A DNA stretch of 64,000 bases, from positions 905,342 through 969,341 of the forward strand of contig JAHDYR010000005.1 in NCBI GenBank assembly GCA_019828565.1. The letters are read 5' to 3'. Shown here piece after piece: positions 42,575-53,143 of this stretch. A program made the position numbers and the translations under genes. The stretch's first letter is position 1. Each line of letters begins with the position of its first letter. Source of the DNA: Carpediemonas membranifera BICM (lineage: Eukaryota; Protista; Fornicata). The notes beneath the pieces are model-generated. The model had not been told where the DNA came from. It searched no databases and saw nothing but the letters and a program-made list of their open reading frames with translations.

Positions 42575-42906
42575 GAGTCGCGGGCGGAGAATTTTGGTTT
42601 TGGTTGGTGCAGTTTAGGGATGGCCATCCGGGACGGTCGGCTTGCGCAAGATAAGTCATCCCGGTGATTATCTCGAATGCTGCCGAATGCAGGATGGACG
42701 GATTCGGACGTCTGCTCCAGTCAGAATGAGGCCGTGAACGGCAAGTGGGCCCGGGACCGCACGCTGGGAGACGTCGCGGCGTCTCTCATCCGGGACAACT
42801 ACACCATATTCAACGTCTACCGCTGCCATGTGGGGGCCGCTAACGCGGTTTTCTAATCCGATCTGTTCTGACGATAGGAGGTAATAACGCAGTTTTAATG
42901 ACTTGA

Positions 42907-43119
42907 TCAGGCCTTAGGGTTCTCCTTGGTGTTGGTCTCCTTCTTGAAGACCTTCTTCTTGCACTTAGGGGTCGTTGGCGTCGCTGCGATAACTGGAGTG
43001 TTGAGCTTACGCTCAGTAACATAATTGTAGGCCACGAGGCCGCCGAGAACGACTGACAACCCAATAAGGGTCTTCTTGTAGTGTCCAGCTTCCCTGAGCT
43101 TGTCGCTGATGGCGGGCAT
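42907..43119 (-). CDS. Small single-pass membrane protein with basic tail
   Basis: 70-aa ATG ORF with one TM segment and a Lys-rich C-terminus. Confidence 0.5.
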   Translation of the reverse strand: MPAISDKLREAGHYKKTLIGLSVVLGGLVAYNYVTERKLNTPVIAATPTTPKCKKKVFKKETNTKENPKA

Positions 43120-43353
43120 TAATAGAGACGTTCTGTGCAGAATAGGGCACTCCGTGGGCCCTCGGCCCCAGGACGATGGGAGACCGCCAACATCTGATCA
43201 CTGGCTGACAAACGACCCCGGACGACATCCTGGTACTTCCATTTGATGACACCATCCACACCTGTGGATACACAACACTGGCAAAAGATCGCAGGCATTT
43301 TATCCCCAATCATATCATAGCGTAGTATGCAGCGTAGTATACAGTAGTGCGGT

Positions 43354-44142
43354 CTATGTGTACATCGACACGCGCCCCGCGGCCTTCATGGCGAGGATAG
43401 CGTTGACCACCCGGAAGTACATCCCCAGGCCCTCCGCCACGCGGTCCAGACGGAGAGTGTGGTCGTCGTGGCCCGTAGTCTTGCTGACGTGCTTCAGTAC
43501 CCGGCCGCTCGGCTTGGCCTCTCCCAACGGCACAACGACCTCGGCCTCCTCCTCGACTTCCGGGGGCAAAAACACGAGCGGCTCGGGGTCCTTGATCCGT
43601 TGGTCCAGGTAGTGCTGCCGCTCCTCCCCGGGCCACCCCGTATTGTCGTCCGGGAAGAGCTCCTCGTATATGGCGAACCCGGATTGTGTGGGCGAGTGGG
43701 AGCGTTCGTGCGCCAGGTGCGTCAGCTTCTGGGTCAGGTCCTGTTGGAACTTGGTCATGAGTTCCCGGTGGATGTGCTTCTCGCGGCCAAGGTTGTAACT
43801 GTTGGCCTGGATAGCCTGAGCACGAGCCTCGCGTTTCCCTCGAAGTCTAGCTTCGCTCGGGTTGTAGAATAGCTCGGCAGGGAAGTTGATGTTCATTGCT
43901 ATGTTCCTTGCCTGTGCTTGCTTCGTCATTTGAAGCTTGTGCTGCCTTTTCTCATCACGAAGAAATGATTTCTCGATCTCGTAGGCATTCTCAGCCATTG
44001 CTGGGATGAGAGAGATATGCCGAGGTGTTATATCGCGCTCATCTGTTGGGAACACCTTGTGGAGAGTCACCTCCTCGAGCTTTTGCTTCCCCATCAGCCG
44101 CTCAACGTGCAGTTTTGCCAAAACGCGGGAGACACCTGACAA
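43354..44142 (-). CDS. Hypothetical protein (5' end uncertain)
   Basis: 262-codon ORF with host codon bias. Confidence 0.55.
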   Translation of the reverse strand: MSGVSRVLAKLHVERLMGKQKLEEVTLHKVFPTDERDITPRHISLIPAMAENAYEIEKSFLRDEKRQHKLQMTKQAQARNIAMNINFPAELFYNPSEARLRGKREARAQAIQANSYNLGREKHIHRELMTKFQQDLTQKLTHLAHERSHSPTQSGFAIYEELFPDDNTGWPGEERQHYLDQRIKDPEPLVFLPPEVEEEAEVVVPLGEAKPSGRVLKHVSKTTGHDDHTLRLDRVAEGLGMYFRVVNAILAMKAAGRVSMYT

Positions 44143-44233
44143 CCGTCACACAAGCATGTATGCACCACCGCAGCCACTCTATAGCCGTTAAACTGGCGAT
44201 GACTTGGTTGAGTCGAATCTTGAGCATAACACC

Positions 44234-45421
44234 ATGTCCGCGCCAGTGTCACCATGGGCGAAGAGCCAAGTAACGTGGGCATCAACTAAGCGTAAGAACA
44301 CTATACCAACAACGCCTGATCCTTTGGGAACGAAGCGAAAGGCTGAAGAAGAAAGGAAACGGCGCTTGGATATTGTAGACCTCAAAGAGGCTGAAAGAAC
44401 CCAGGACCTTCGTGATCGCAGACACGAGACACTTCGGAACCTTCGGCAGAAATCTGCAGCCCGTCGCCAGCTGGAAGAGCAGATCGGCACGCCCTATCGG
44501 ACCAACCAGATTGTGGACGGCCAACGAACCATGTTCTCGAAGGGAAGACGCCTCCAGCGACTCAGGACACCCCCACACAATGAATTCCCGTCGTTTGAGG
44601 TCCCTGCGACAGCGCCCCAGCTCCTCGCGGCAGGCCACACCGCACCCGGGGACGTGACGGCGGGGTCCTTCGCCAGCCAGGCCAGAACCATGCTGATGAC
44701 CAGCGGTGGTCTAGCCGGCCCGAGGCCCGGGAACACGACTCCGCCGCGCATGACGACGGCGCAGGTGGAGGTGAAGGACTGGCGCTACTACAGCGTCACG
44801 GGGGTCCCTGCGTGGGATCGGAAGGAGTACCTGCCCCGCATGACACGACGCATGCTCTCCCAGGCGGAGGGCAAGGGCGAGGCCTTCGCCCAGCGGGCCA
44901 TACGGACGGCTGACGCCGAGGCTGCGACCATCGCTGACGAACATCGGCGTTGGCAGCGGGACCGGCGCAACGACATCCGCGCCCACCTGGCGAGGCGTCG
45001 GCTTGACCGCATCGAGCTGGCAGCGACTGCGACCCAGCCCGTGAGCGGCCACGACCTCAAGGCGATCGAGAGCATCATAACATCGTTCAGCCCCGGGCAA
45101 GGCGAAGCCCCTCCCCCCGATGCGATGGCCGTGTCACTTCCCGCCATTCGGACGGGCCGCAAGCCTTGGGACAGCGGGGCCAGGACCGGCGGGTCTGCAC
45201 GGAAGGTGGTGGCCGCCCTCCACTCGGAGACGGGCAACAAGCTCAAGAAGGAGGACGAGTTCGCCACCCAGAACGCCTTCCTGACGACTACCATGCTCCC
45301 CCGCACGCCGGTATACCCGCCGTCCAGCATCACGACGACTGTCGATGCCATGAGCCTGGACGCGGGCGTCACGCTGGATGCTATCAGCAGGTTCGAGTGG
45401 GCCCTGGGCGGCAAGGGGTAG
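44234..45421 (+). CDS. Hypothetical basic, partly coiled-coil protein
   Basis: ATG 44234, about 395-aa ORF. Confidence 0.6.
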   Translation: MSAPVSPWAKSQVTWASTKRKNTIPTTPDPLGTKRKAEEERKRRLDIVDLKEAERTQDLRDRRHETLRNLRQKSAARRQLEEQIGTPYRTNQIVDGQRTMFSKGRRLQRLRTPPHNEFPSFEVPATAPQLLAAGHTAPGDVTAGSFASQARTMLMTSGGLAGPRPGNTTPPRMTTAQVEVKDWRYYSVTGVPAWDRKEYLPRMTRRMLSQAEGKGEAFAQRAIRTADAEAATIADEHRRWQRDRRNDIRAHLARRRLDRIELAATATQPVSGHDLKAIESIITSFSPGQGEAPPPDAMAVSLPAIRTGRKPWDSGARTGGSARKVVAALHSETGNKLKKEDEFATQNAFLTTTMLPRTPVYPPSSITTTVDAMSLDAGVTLDAISRFEWALGGKG

Positions 45422-45485
45422 TGGGCGAGTAGCTGCGTTTTATAAAGTTCTCTGACGCTGCGGTGTTTATGGCTGGGGCTAGCGG

Positions 45486-47177
45486 TCAGCCGCGGGGCAG
45501 TTCGGAGATCGCCGTCGACCTGCTTCGTCTGCTGCGGGCCTGCTCGGTGAGATTGTACGGTACGAGCAGGTGGGCGCTGTCCAGCAAGAACGTCCTGCGG
45601 ATGACGTGGGTCACGGATGTAACGAGCACCCTGCCGCTCTCGACCCCCAGGGCCCCGCGGACGTTGCCCCCGATGGCGAAGAGGCCGTACTCCGTCTCCA
45701 GCCATATGGAGTCCTCGTTAACCCGTACCGACGTCACTAGGTCCTCTGACGTCCACACATGCGGCTCCCGTGCCACAGCCATCCTGTCTTCGATCGTGTG
45801 GATTACCATCGCCCCGCCCTGGTCGGCCCGGTTGAACACGACGAGCTGGGGATGGACGAAGAGCTGGTCGGCTGCCCATGGCAGAGTCAGAGGGACCGGG
45901 TTGTGGTGCTCGGGGTCGGGGGCGGCAATTAGTCGGCGAAGCGTTGGGGCGAGGCCGGCGATGTAAATCTGTCCGTCGACGAAGAAGAGAGTGTAGTCTC
46001 CGCACGGCGCTAGGCCTTTCACCTCGAACGGGAAGGGTGTGAAGCGGTGGACGTCGCCTGTGCCACCGAGCCCAAGCTGGCCGTGGGGGTTACTACCGGC
46101 CACCAGCAACCGGCCGCGGCGTTGGACGAATGTCCTCTTGTTCTCATCAGTGGTAATCTTATCTGGGATGAAGCCCTTCGGCAGGTGTACACGGTGGAAC
46201 CATGGGACCGCCTCGAATACTCGGGCCTCACCCACCCCGAGAGAGCCACCGTAGCTCTCGCCAGCCGCTACAACGCCGGCCAAGGTCACAAAAAACAGCT
46301 GCGTTCCCTCGAAACAGAGCCTGAGGACCAGCTCATGCTTGTGGAACGCGGGGAGGGTCGCTTCGAACTCGGCGACTCCAGGCGCATGTGGGAAAGTGAT
46401 GCGGGTCGGGTCGACCTGCTCATGCGCCCCTATCCCTAGAGCAAAGCCCTCGTTCATGCCCCAGCCCCACAGACCCTGGCGAGTGATGGCCAGCACAGTG
46501 CGTCGGTTTGAATGAATGGCGACGATCGAGGGGATGGCGACCCGGGTGAACTTCGGTAGCTCGTTGGCCCGTGACAGCGTCCCCGTCTCCTGGTTCCAGT
46601 TGTCGCCGCGTGAGAAGAGCCTCCCTTCATACAACCAGTATGCAACGCCGTGATACTTACTGGTCGCGACCGTGCCCTCCTCAGCTGCTGTCCCGCAGCA
46701 CAGTAGTGTCCGCCGGCATACAAACCACGGTACTGCGCTCCTGCTCTGGAACTCTGTTTCAACGACAGGCGTGGCCTCGGCCTGCATGAATACAGCCCAG
46801 AGCAGCCCCGCGGGCAGTGTATAGAAGGTGCAGGCCCGGGTGCGGGCGGCCTTATCGTCGCTCTCGATATCCATGCTGAGCACAGCGCCCTCGGAGAGTA
46901 TGCGTTGGACCTTGCGGAGCACATCACGGGCTCGGCGGTCGGTCAGCGTGAGGAACTGGAGCGCCTTGGAGAGATCTTCGACGGTTTGGAGCTCCATTTC
47001 ATCCAATTCAGGCATGATTCGCTCAAGGGGAACCCTCGGCGGCGGGCAGTGCTTCTCCAACTCGAAAGCGAGGCGAAGAAGGGATGGAATGTCGCCAGGA
47101 ACCTCGTATGTTAGTATATCAGCGTATGTAATAAGGGAATTAAGGGATATTGACATCTGCGCAATGCCATCGGTCAT
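45486..47177 (-). CDS. RCC1/BLIP-II-like repeat protein (paralog of 22805-24352)
   Basis: LFSRGDN, LWGWGMN, VAGSNPHGQLGLG, AIGGNVRGALG; shared LWAVFMQA / WF.C..T / DPTR.TF blocks. Confidence 0.75.
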   Translation of the reverse strand: MTDGIAQMSISLNSLITYADILTYEVPGDIPSLLRLAFELEKHCPPPRVPLERIMPELDEMELQTVEDLSKALQFLTLTDRRARDVLRKVQRILSEGAVLSMDIESDDKAARTRACTFYTLPAGLLWAVFMQAEATPVVETEFQSRSAVPWFVCRRTLLCCGTAAEEGTVATSKYHGVAYWLYEGRLFSRGDNWNQETGTLSRANELPKFTRVAIPSIVAIHSNRRTVLAITRQGLWGWGMNEGFALGIGAHEQVDPTRITFPHAPGVAEFEATLPAFHKHELVLRLCFEGTQLFFVTLAGVVAAGESYGGSLGVGEARVFEAVPWFHRVHLPKGFIPDKITTDENKRTFVQRRGRLLVAGSNPHGQLGLGGTGDVHRFTPFPFEVKGLAPCGDYTLFFVDGQIYIAGLAPTLRRLIAAPDPEHHNPVPLTLPWAADQLFVHPQLVVFNRADQGGAMVIHTIEDRMAVAREPHVWTSEDLVTSVRVNEDSIWLETEYGLFAIGGNVRGALGVESGRVLVTSVTHVIRRTFLLDSAHLLVPYNLTEQARSRRSRSTAISELPRG

Positions 47178-47508
47178 TGCTCAGAAATTCTCGTCGTGCT
47201 GGAAGCATACATACCATCATGTACCAATGTATCGCCAAACACGCCTTCATGCAGGGCCAATATGAGCTTGCTAGTCCCACATCAGTGCAGCGTCCCCATG
47301 GTGAACTGTCGCCCATCGGCATGGTACGATCCTGCACCCTGACCTGGAGAAGGTTGGATCTGTCTGCCAATCGCAGCACAACGACGAGCATGGCTACCAC
47401 CGTGAGATCCAAAATAAACCCCGCAGTTTAGCCGTCAACATCGCATCCTCTGCGAATGACACTTGCGATGAGTGGCTTGTGCGCCCTGAACGAATACAAA
47501 CAACGCAA

Positions 47509-49143
47509 ATGTCATTTATACCATCCAAATTGACAGAGCGTCCTGAGATCATGAGCTTTAGGTACGTGTTCTCAACATACATCTCGTTTCTGATCTTTTT
47601 CTTCTTTGGGTACTATCAAAATACAGTCAGCATCATACATAAGGCCATAACCTCACGGAAACGACCGCCGATCGCGCCCATTACCAGCGGGTTTGAGCGC
47701 TTCTACCACGACCGCATATACGCAAGAGTGACGGATTGTTTCAACAATACCATCCGATCAGCTCCCAGTACGTGGATCAGAGTGGCACACAGGGTGAGCG
47801 ACCCTCTCAAGCAGCACTGGAGGGTGACCGAGGGCTCCACGGCGTGCCTCAACTTTGGGTCCTATAATTACTTGGGTTTCGCCGCAAAGGACACAAACGC
47901 GGCCAACGAGAGACGGGTGCTGGCGTCTATGAGTCAGCTAGGCATATCTATGGGCCAGCCTGTCCGCTCTTCGATGCACGACGACCTCGCCAAGGCCGTT
48001 GCGACATTCATGCGGAAGCCCGCGGCGATGGTGTGCGCTATGGGGTTCGCCACCAACAGCACGTCCATCCCCGCCCTCGTCGGGCCCGACGGCCTCATCA
48101 TCTCAGACTCTTTGAACCACGCCTCGATCGTCGTCGGCGGGCGGGCGTCGGTGGGACACAAGAAGGTCTTCAGACACGACGACATGGCGCACCTGGAGAA
48201 GACTGTGCGCAACGCCATCCTCAACGGCATGCCCCGCACCCACAACCACTGGAGCAAGATCGTCATCATCGTCGAGGGCATCTACTCGATGGAGGGCACC
48301 ATATGCAACCTCCCCGAGATCGTACGCATCGCGAAGCAGTACGGCTGCTACCTCTACGTCGACGAGGCTCATTCCATCGGTGCCCTCGGCCGTCACGGCG
48401 GCGGCGTCTGCGACTATTTCGACGACAAGGCCAGCCTGCTTCGCCATGCCCGCGCCCTGCTCGAGATCCACCCCGCCTACAAGGTATGGTCCGAGCCCGA
48501 GCTGTGGGCCGACTCGCTCTTCGACCCCGACTTCCACGACCTCGACATCCTCAAGGCCGACCACGAGCGGTACGGCATGACGCTCAAGACACTGGATGAG
48601 ACGATGGGCCCGTTTTCTTTCTTCAACGCGGTCGACATCCTCATGGGGACGTTCACTAAGTCGTTCTCGGCCGTCGGTGGGTATATCGCGGCTGACCACG
48701 CGACAATCGACTACCTTCACCGCAACTCCCACGGCGCCATGGCCAGCGAGCCTTTGTCGCCCGCCTGCATCCAACAGATCATGGGCGTCCTCACGTCCCT
48801 CCTGGAGCATGACGACATCGCCACACGCCAGATCCGGCAGCTCGCCAGGAACACGAGGTGGTTCCGGACGGAGCTTGTCTCGCGTGGCTTCCATATCATG
48901 GGGTCGGACGATTCGCCCGTCGTCCCTGTCCTGCTGTACCATCCCCAGAAGCTGCTCGCCTTCCACAGGCTCTGCTTCGAGGCGGGGATCGCGGTGGTTG
49001 TCGTTGCATACCCCGCATGTTCCCTCGTCGCCGGCCGTGTCCGATTCTGTCTGAGTGGCGGCCACACTGATGAGGACATGAGATGGGCCATGCGTCGTCT
49101 CGACGAGATCGGCGACATACTCAAGATGAAGTACGGAAAGTGA
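47509..49143 (+). CDS. LCB2: Serine palmitoyltransferase subunit 2
   Basis: LNFGSYNYLGF, MGFATN, SDSLNHASI, VEGIYSMEG, DEAHSIG, GTFTKSF. Confidence 0.93.
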   Translation: MSFIPSKLTERPEIMSFRYVFSTYISFLIFFFFGYYQNTVSIIHKAITSRKRPPIAPITSGFERFYHDRIYARVTDCFNNTIRSAPSTWIRVAHRVSDPLKQHWRVTEGSTACLNFGSYNYLGFAAKDTNAANERRVLASMSQLGISMGQPVRSSMHDDLAKAVATFMRKPAAMVCAMGFATNSTSIPALVGPDGLIISDSLNHASIVVGGRASVGHKKVFRHDDMAHLEKTVRNAILNGMPRTHNHWSKIVIIVEGIYSMEGTICNLPEIVRIAKQYGCYLYVDEAHSIGALGRHGGGVCDYFDDKASLLRHARALLEIHPAYKVWSEPELWADSLFDPDFHDLDILKADHERYGMTLKTLDETMGPFSFFNAVDILMGTFTKSFSAVGGYIAADHATIDYLHRNSHGAMASEPLSPACIQQIMGVLTSLLEHDDIATRQIRQLARNTRWFRTELVSRGFHIMGSDDSPVVPVLLYHPQKLLAFHRLCFEAGIAVVVVAYPACSLVAGRVRFCLSGGHTDEDMRWAMRRLDEIGDILKMKYGK

Positions 49144-49230
49144 GCCAGCCACGCAAGCACTTGTTAATGTGCAAGATAAACGGTTTAAATAACATCTAGG
49201 GTAGCGCGCTCTCTATCAACGTCGCCGCCT

Positions 49231-51396
49231 TCAGCGACCACGGCCCTTCAAGATCGACTCGGCCTTCTCGGCCAGTAACATCGCCTGCCCCAGCCCAGCC
49301 CGCACACTACCCTGGTCCGCCAGACCGGCCTCAAGCTCCCGCACTCGTCGCTCGGCCGCCTCCAGCAGGAAGTCAAGCAGGGCCACGGTGTCGCTCTCTC
49401 CGTCGACGAGGGCGTACTCAGCCTTGACGCTGGCGATCTCGTCATCGCGGGCTGCAAGCTTGGCCTCGAGGTCGTGGATGGTGGTGGCGGATATGACCAA
49501 GGCCTCCTCCTTCTCGACCAGCCTGTTATACAGCCCGACCGTTGTGTCAGAGCTCCTCTGGGCAATCGGGCCGGACGGACTCTCCACAGCCGACTCGGCC
49601 CGCTGCTCGGCATCCCGGAGCTTCTCCTGCAGCGCAGCAACCCGAGCCCTGAGCTGAGTGAGCTCTGTCTCCTGCTGCTGCATGCTGCTGATGAGGTTCC
49701 GCGCCTGCTGGACCTTGTCAGCCCCGCCCAGCGTCGCCGCCAACTGGGACCGGAGCTCGACGATGGTGCGGTCCTTGGCGAGTGTGGTGGAGCTGAACGC
49801 CGACCTCAGAGCATCGACCTCGTGCTGCAGCGTCGCGATCGTCGAGGAGAGGCGCCTGTTCTCCCCAACCTTCTCGAGGAGCTGGGCCTCGGCCTCGTCC
49901 GCGTGCTTGCATAGGGCGTCGCCCCGCCTCCGCTCCTCCATCAGCTTCTGTCCAATGGATGCCACAGCCTGCATGGCGTCCGCCCCGCTGTGCTGGGCCG
50001 TGACCTGCTTGACCGAGTCCCGTTCAGCCCTGAGAGTCGTCACCGTCTCCCGCAGCGCCTTGTTCGTGGACCGGAGTTCCATGATCGTCGTTCCGGCGTC
50101 TTTTCCAGCGAGCTCCTCAACCTGCCGCTGCAGCTTCTCCCTCGCGTTGGAATGGGCCGCGAGTTTGTCCCGCCACCGCATCGCCAGACACTGAACTGGG
50201 TCCGCCCCGCTGTACGCCGCATCGTTCCCCAGGCGTCGGCTGAGCACACCCCGCCTTGCCTTGAGGTTCGTGAGGGTCTGGTCGCGGACCTGGTCCTTGA
50301 CTTGGGCGATCTGGGCCGGGTACCCGTCCAGCATCGCCGCCAGCTGCTCCACCTGGGTCTGTCCCATCTCCACGTCGCACCGTATGGCTTCCAAAGCTGC
50401 GTACGGGTTGTCCATGTGGGAAGGGCGCGCATCGGCCTTCATTTGTTTGATCGTCTCCTCGAGCTTAAACGACGGCTTGTTATCGGGGAAACTAGTCTGG
50501 CCAAGCCGCTCATTGGCCGCCTCCCACGTCTTGGCAAGACTCCGCGCAAGGACATCGGCCAACCTGCCGACCTCCGCGGCGTGTTGGATCACGGGGCCCT
50601 CTACAGAGTCACCCTGCGTGCCAGACGTCACCATCGCGATCACAGGGGCGGTCTGGGTGTCGGCAGTGCACATATCCGGCTGGGGGACGAGTGCTCGGGG
50701 CTGGGGCGCCCCCTCCCTCTCGGCCGGCCTTTCCACTGGGCGGGGCTCGCGGGACTGCACTACGTCCGGCTCTGGCTCCATAGGGTATCCGCTGTCCACC
50801 TCATCTGGGATCTCCGGCCGTGTACCAAGTCCCTCCTCGGGCTCCTCGAGCTTCGCCCGCTTGGGTGAGTGCGGCTCATCAATGAGATGCTGGGGCTCCT
50901 CGGCCTGGGGCTTCTCTACCGGCATCTGCATGGGTTTGACGCCCTGGGTGACGAGCCTCTGCGTCGTGTGGGGCCTCGGGGGGGTCTGGGGGGCTGGCTT
51001 GTGTTCTGGCAACAACGTGCCCAAGTCCATGCCGAGAGGGTCCCGCTGATGTACCTTGTCCTCGACCTCGGGGTTCTGGAGCACGCTGATGTACTCAAAT
51101 CGGAAGGACGTGATGTTATAGCCAAAACGGAGGACATCGTGGTGTCGGAGATACTGAGCGCGACCAAGGATCCGCTCGTCGTTCACAAAGGAGCCGTTGG
51201 TGGTGTTCAAATCGATGAATAGCGCTGTGTCAGGTGCCTCAAAGATGATCTTGGCGTGTTTCTTGCTGATGGATCGGTTTTCAATGAATATGTCGCTCTC
51301 TGGATCACGCCCAATGACGATTTCAGGTGAGTCTATGCTATATATTACATCTGCGCCGCGTAACCGGCCTAGCGTTTCCCGATTGCCCTCGGGCAT
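49231..51396 (-). CDS. FHA-domain coiled-coil protein
   Basis: IGRD...ISKKHA...DLNTTNGSFVN...LRFG followed by long heptads. Confidence 0.88.
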   Translation of the reverse strand: MPEGNRETLGRLRGADVIYSIDSPEIVIGRDPESDIFIENRSISKKHAKIIFEAPDTALFIDLNTTNGSFVNDERILGRAQYLRHHDVLRFGYNITSFRFEYISVLQNPEVEDKVHQRDPLGMDLGTLLPEHKPAPQTPPRPHTTQRLVTQGVKPMQMPVEKPQAEEPQHLIDEPHSPKRAKLEEPEEGLGTRPEIPDEVDSGYPMEPEPDVVQSREPRPVERPAEREGAPQPRALVPQPDMCTADTQTAPVIAMVTSGTQGDSVEGPVIQHAAEVGRLADVLARSLAKTWEAANERLGQTSFPDNKPSFKLEETIKQMKADARPSHMDNPYAALEAIRCDVEMGQTQVEQLAAMLDGYPAQIAQVKDQVRDQTLTNLKARRGVLSRRLGNDAAYSGADPVQCLAMRWRDKLAAHSNAREKLQRQVEELAGKDAGTTIMELRSTNKALRETVTTLRAERDSVKQVTAQHSGADAMQAVASIGQKLMEERRRGDALCKHADEAEAQLLEKVGENRRLSSTIATLQHEVDALRSAFSSTTLAKDRTIVELRSQLAATLGGADKVQQARNLISSMQQQETELTQLRARVAALQEKLRDAEQRAESAVESPSGPIAQRSSDTTVGLYNRLVEKEEALVISATTIHDLEAKLAARDDEIASVKAEYALVDGESDTVALLDFLLEAAERRVRELEAGLADQGSVRAGLGQAMLLAEKAESILKGRGR

Positions 51397-51674
51397 TGCT
51401 AGCAAATTCTGTGCAAATCTGGCAATTCCGGACCGGCAGGCCTATGAGGGTGGACAGCGGGCCACATCGCGCTGTATGTACATGGGTTGTACCGAGAATT
51501 GGGCCGGGAATCTCTCGCAGTATAATGATCACTTCCCATGGTATCAAAGGCACTGATGTGTGGGAGCTGGGTCGAAGAAGGTCAGTGCGCTTAATCGTCG
51601 GCTGAGATTCTACTGGCGCATGTTGTGTCATTTATGTTGGGTACATGGTCATGTATGGCCAGACAGATTGAAGA

Positions 51675-51917
51675 ATGCAGCAAGACGAGGGCCGCTTGGA
51701 TCAATGGCTCCGGGAAAACGGTGCCAGTGAGCCTACATATAAGGGGAAGAGCATATACGAGCTTGATCTCGACAACGACCTCACAATGCAGCTGTGGCGC
51801 AACCCTGACGCCGATCTGAGCGATTACTTCAACTATGGCTTCAATGAGCAGTCATGGAAGCTTTATGCGGCACATATGGCCAGAATGCAGCGCGAGGCGG
51901 CCGAACAGGACCAATGA
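51675..51917 (+). CDS. FIP1: Minimal Fip1 polyadenylation factor
   Basis: WRNPDADLSDYFNYGFNEQSWKLY. Confidence 0.85.
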   Translation: MQQDEGRLDQWLRENGASEPTYKGKSIYELDLDNDLTMQLWRNPDADLSDYFNYGFNEQSWKLYAAHMARMQREAAEQDQ

Positions 51918-52169
51918 GAGCCTCTGGCAGCATCCCCTCATCGACCCAGCCCCAGCCGTCCCGCAACGACAGTAAACTCTGCTAGCTGTAGTGTCACGAT
52001 GCATTTGGTTGCTATGATTGATCTGGTCTGGTTGGGACAGCGCCGTTCAATCGTAGAAGCACGAGGGGGGTGTTTACGGGAGACTGCGACAAAGGCTGCC
52101 AACACTGTTGCATTGAACAACATAGGCGATCTATCCTTCCACTGCTGAGCAATTGCACCAGGATATCGG

Positions 52170-52490
52170 TCAGCGGGCGGCCTGCAGTGTCGGTTTCTGG
52201 AGGAGAGCATGTTGCTTCAACTCCTGGATCAGCAGGAACAGGTCTTTGCAGTTCTCCACAAACTGAGTGGCATGTGTTTCAAGGCCTAGGATCTCTGCGC
52301 TGTTCTCGGAAGGCTCGGAAACGCGAGAATTGGAGATCAACTCGTGTAAGTTCGTGTGAATGCCACCGATGCAGTTGTCGACGCGTGAGTGGTACTCATT
52401 GATCCACCTGTCAAACATGCCGATGATTTCATCCACTGACTTCACTCCAGGATCGTTCATCACACCCGTCGTCTTTCGCATAACCTGCAT
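52170..52490 (-). CDS. MED22: Mediator subunit 22 (Srb6/Surf5)-like
   Basis: RVDNCI...N.HELI...HATQFVENCKDLFLLIQELKQ. Confidence 0.7.
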   Translation of the reverse strand: MQVMRKTTGVMNDPGVKSVDEIIGMFDRWINEYHSRVDNCIGGIHTNLHELISNSRVSEPSENSAEILGLETHATQFVENCKDLFLLIQELKQHALLQKPTLQAAR

Positions 52491-52611
52491 CGCTGAAAAT
52501 TGGTTAGCGGGCCGACCCTGCACGCTCACCTCCACCCTCTCACGGTGCCCTGACTCTATGCTGTCTAAGTGCATTTTATGATGAGTAATTCGAGGACGAG
52601 GGCAAGCATCC

Positions 52612-52917
52612 ATGGCCGAAGAGGAGCAGCAACCACAAGGGCCTCAGAACAACCTTAGATCTGCAATTGCCGAGAAGCTAGAGAACTCCAACGAGAGGCA
52701 GGTCCTCCAGGATCTGCTGGACGCCCGTTTGACTGAATGCGGCTGGCGTGATGAGCTGAAGAAGCTTTGCGACAACTACATCACCGAAAGAGGCATTGAA
52801 AGCATCGCTCTGGAGGATATGGTGAACGACATCCTCCCCGTGGCAATTTCATCATTGCCCGACAGCGTCAAGGCCGAAGTTCTCCAGCGCCTGCGCTCCT
52901 TCGTCTCCTCGCAGTGA
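52612..52917 (+). CDS. ENY2: ENY2/Sus1 (SAGA/TREX-2)
   Basis: LLDARLTECGWRDELK...LPDSVKAEVLQRLRSF. Confidence 0.92.
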   Translation: MAEEEQQPQGPQNNLRSAIAEKLENSNERQVLQDLLDARLTECGWRDELKKLCDNYITERGIESIALEDMVNDILPVAISSLPDSVKAEVLQRLRSFVSSQ

Positions 52918-53143
52918 GCTGGGATGAAGTGTACAACAAGCTAAGCTAGTAAACTGCAAGCCGAGGGTGGAATGCGGGTCTGTGTCCCCTCTGGGTCCAT
53001 TGGCAGGGGGGGCAGTGCTCTCGGTACACTGCCAAACCAAGGGCTGCATAACATCAGCAGAGGCCTAAGGGACCAACGCACCGTCTGGAACGGCTAACCT
53101 GCGATCTGATTCGAAAATGAAGTGATCAGGCCGAGACTCACAC

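Noticed and set aside
42695-42856. Short frame with SQNEAVNGKW resembling a MULE transposase motif
   Set aside because: Too short, with no other transposase motifs or TIRs
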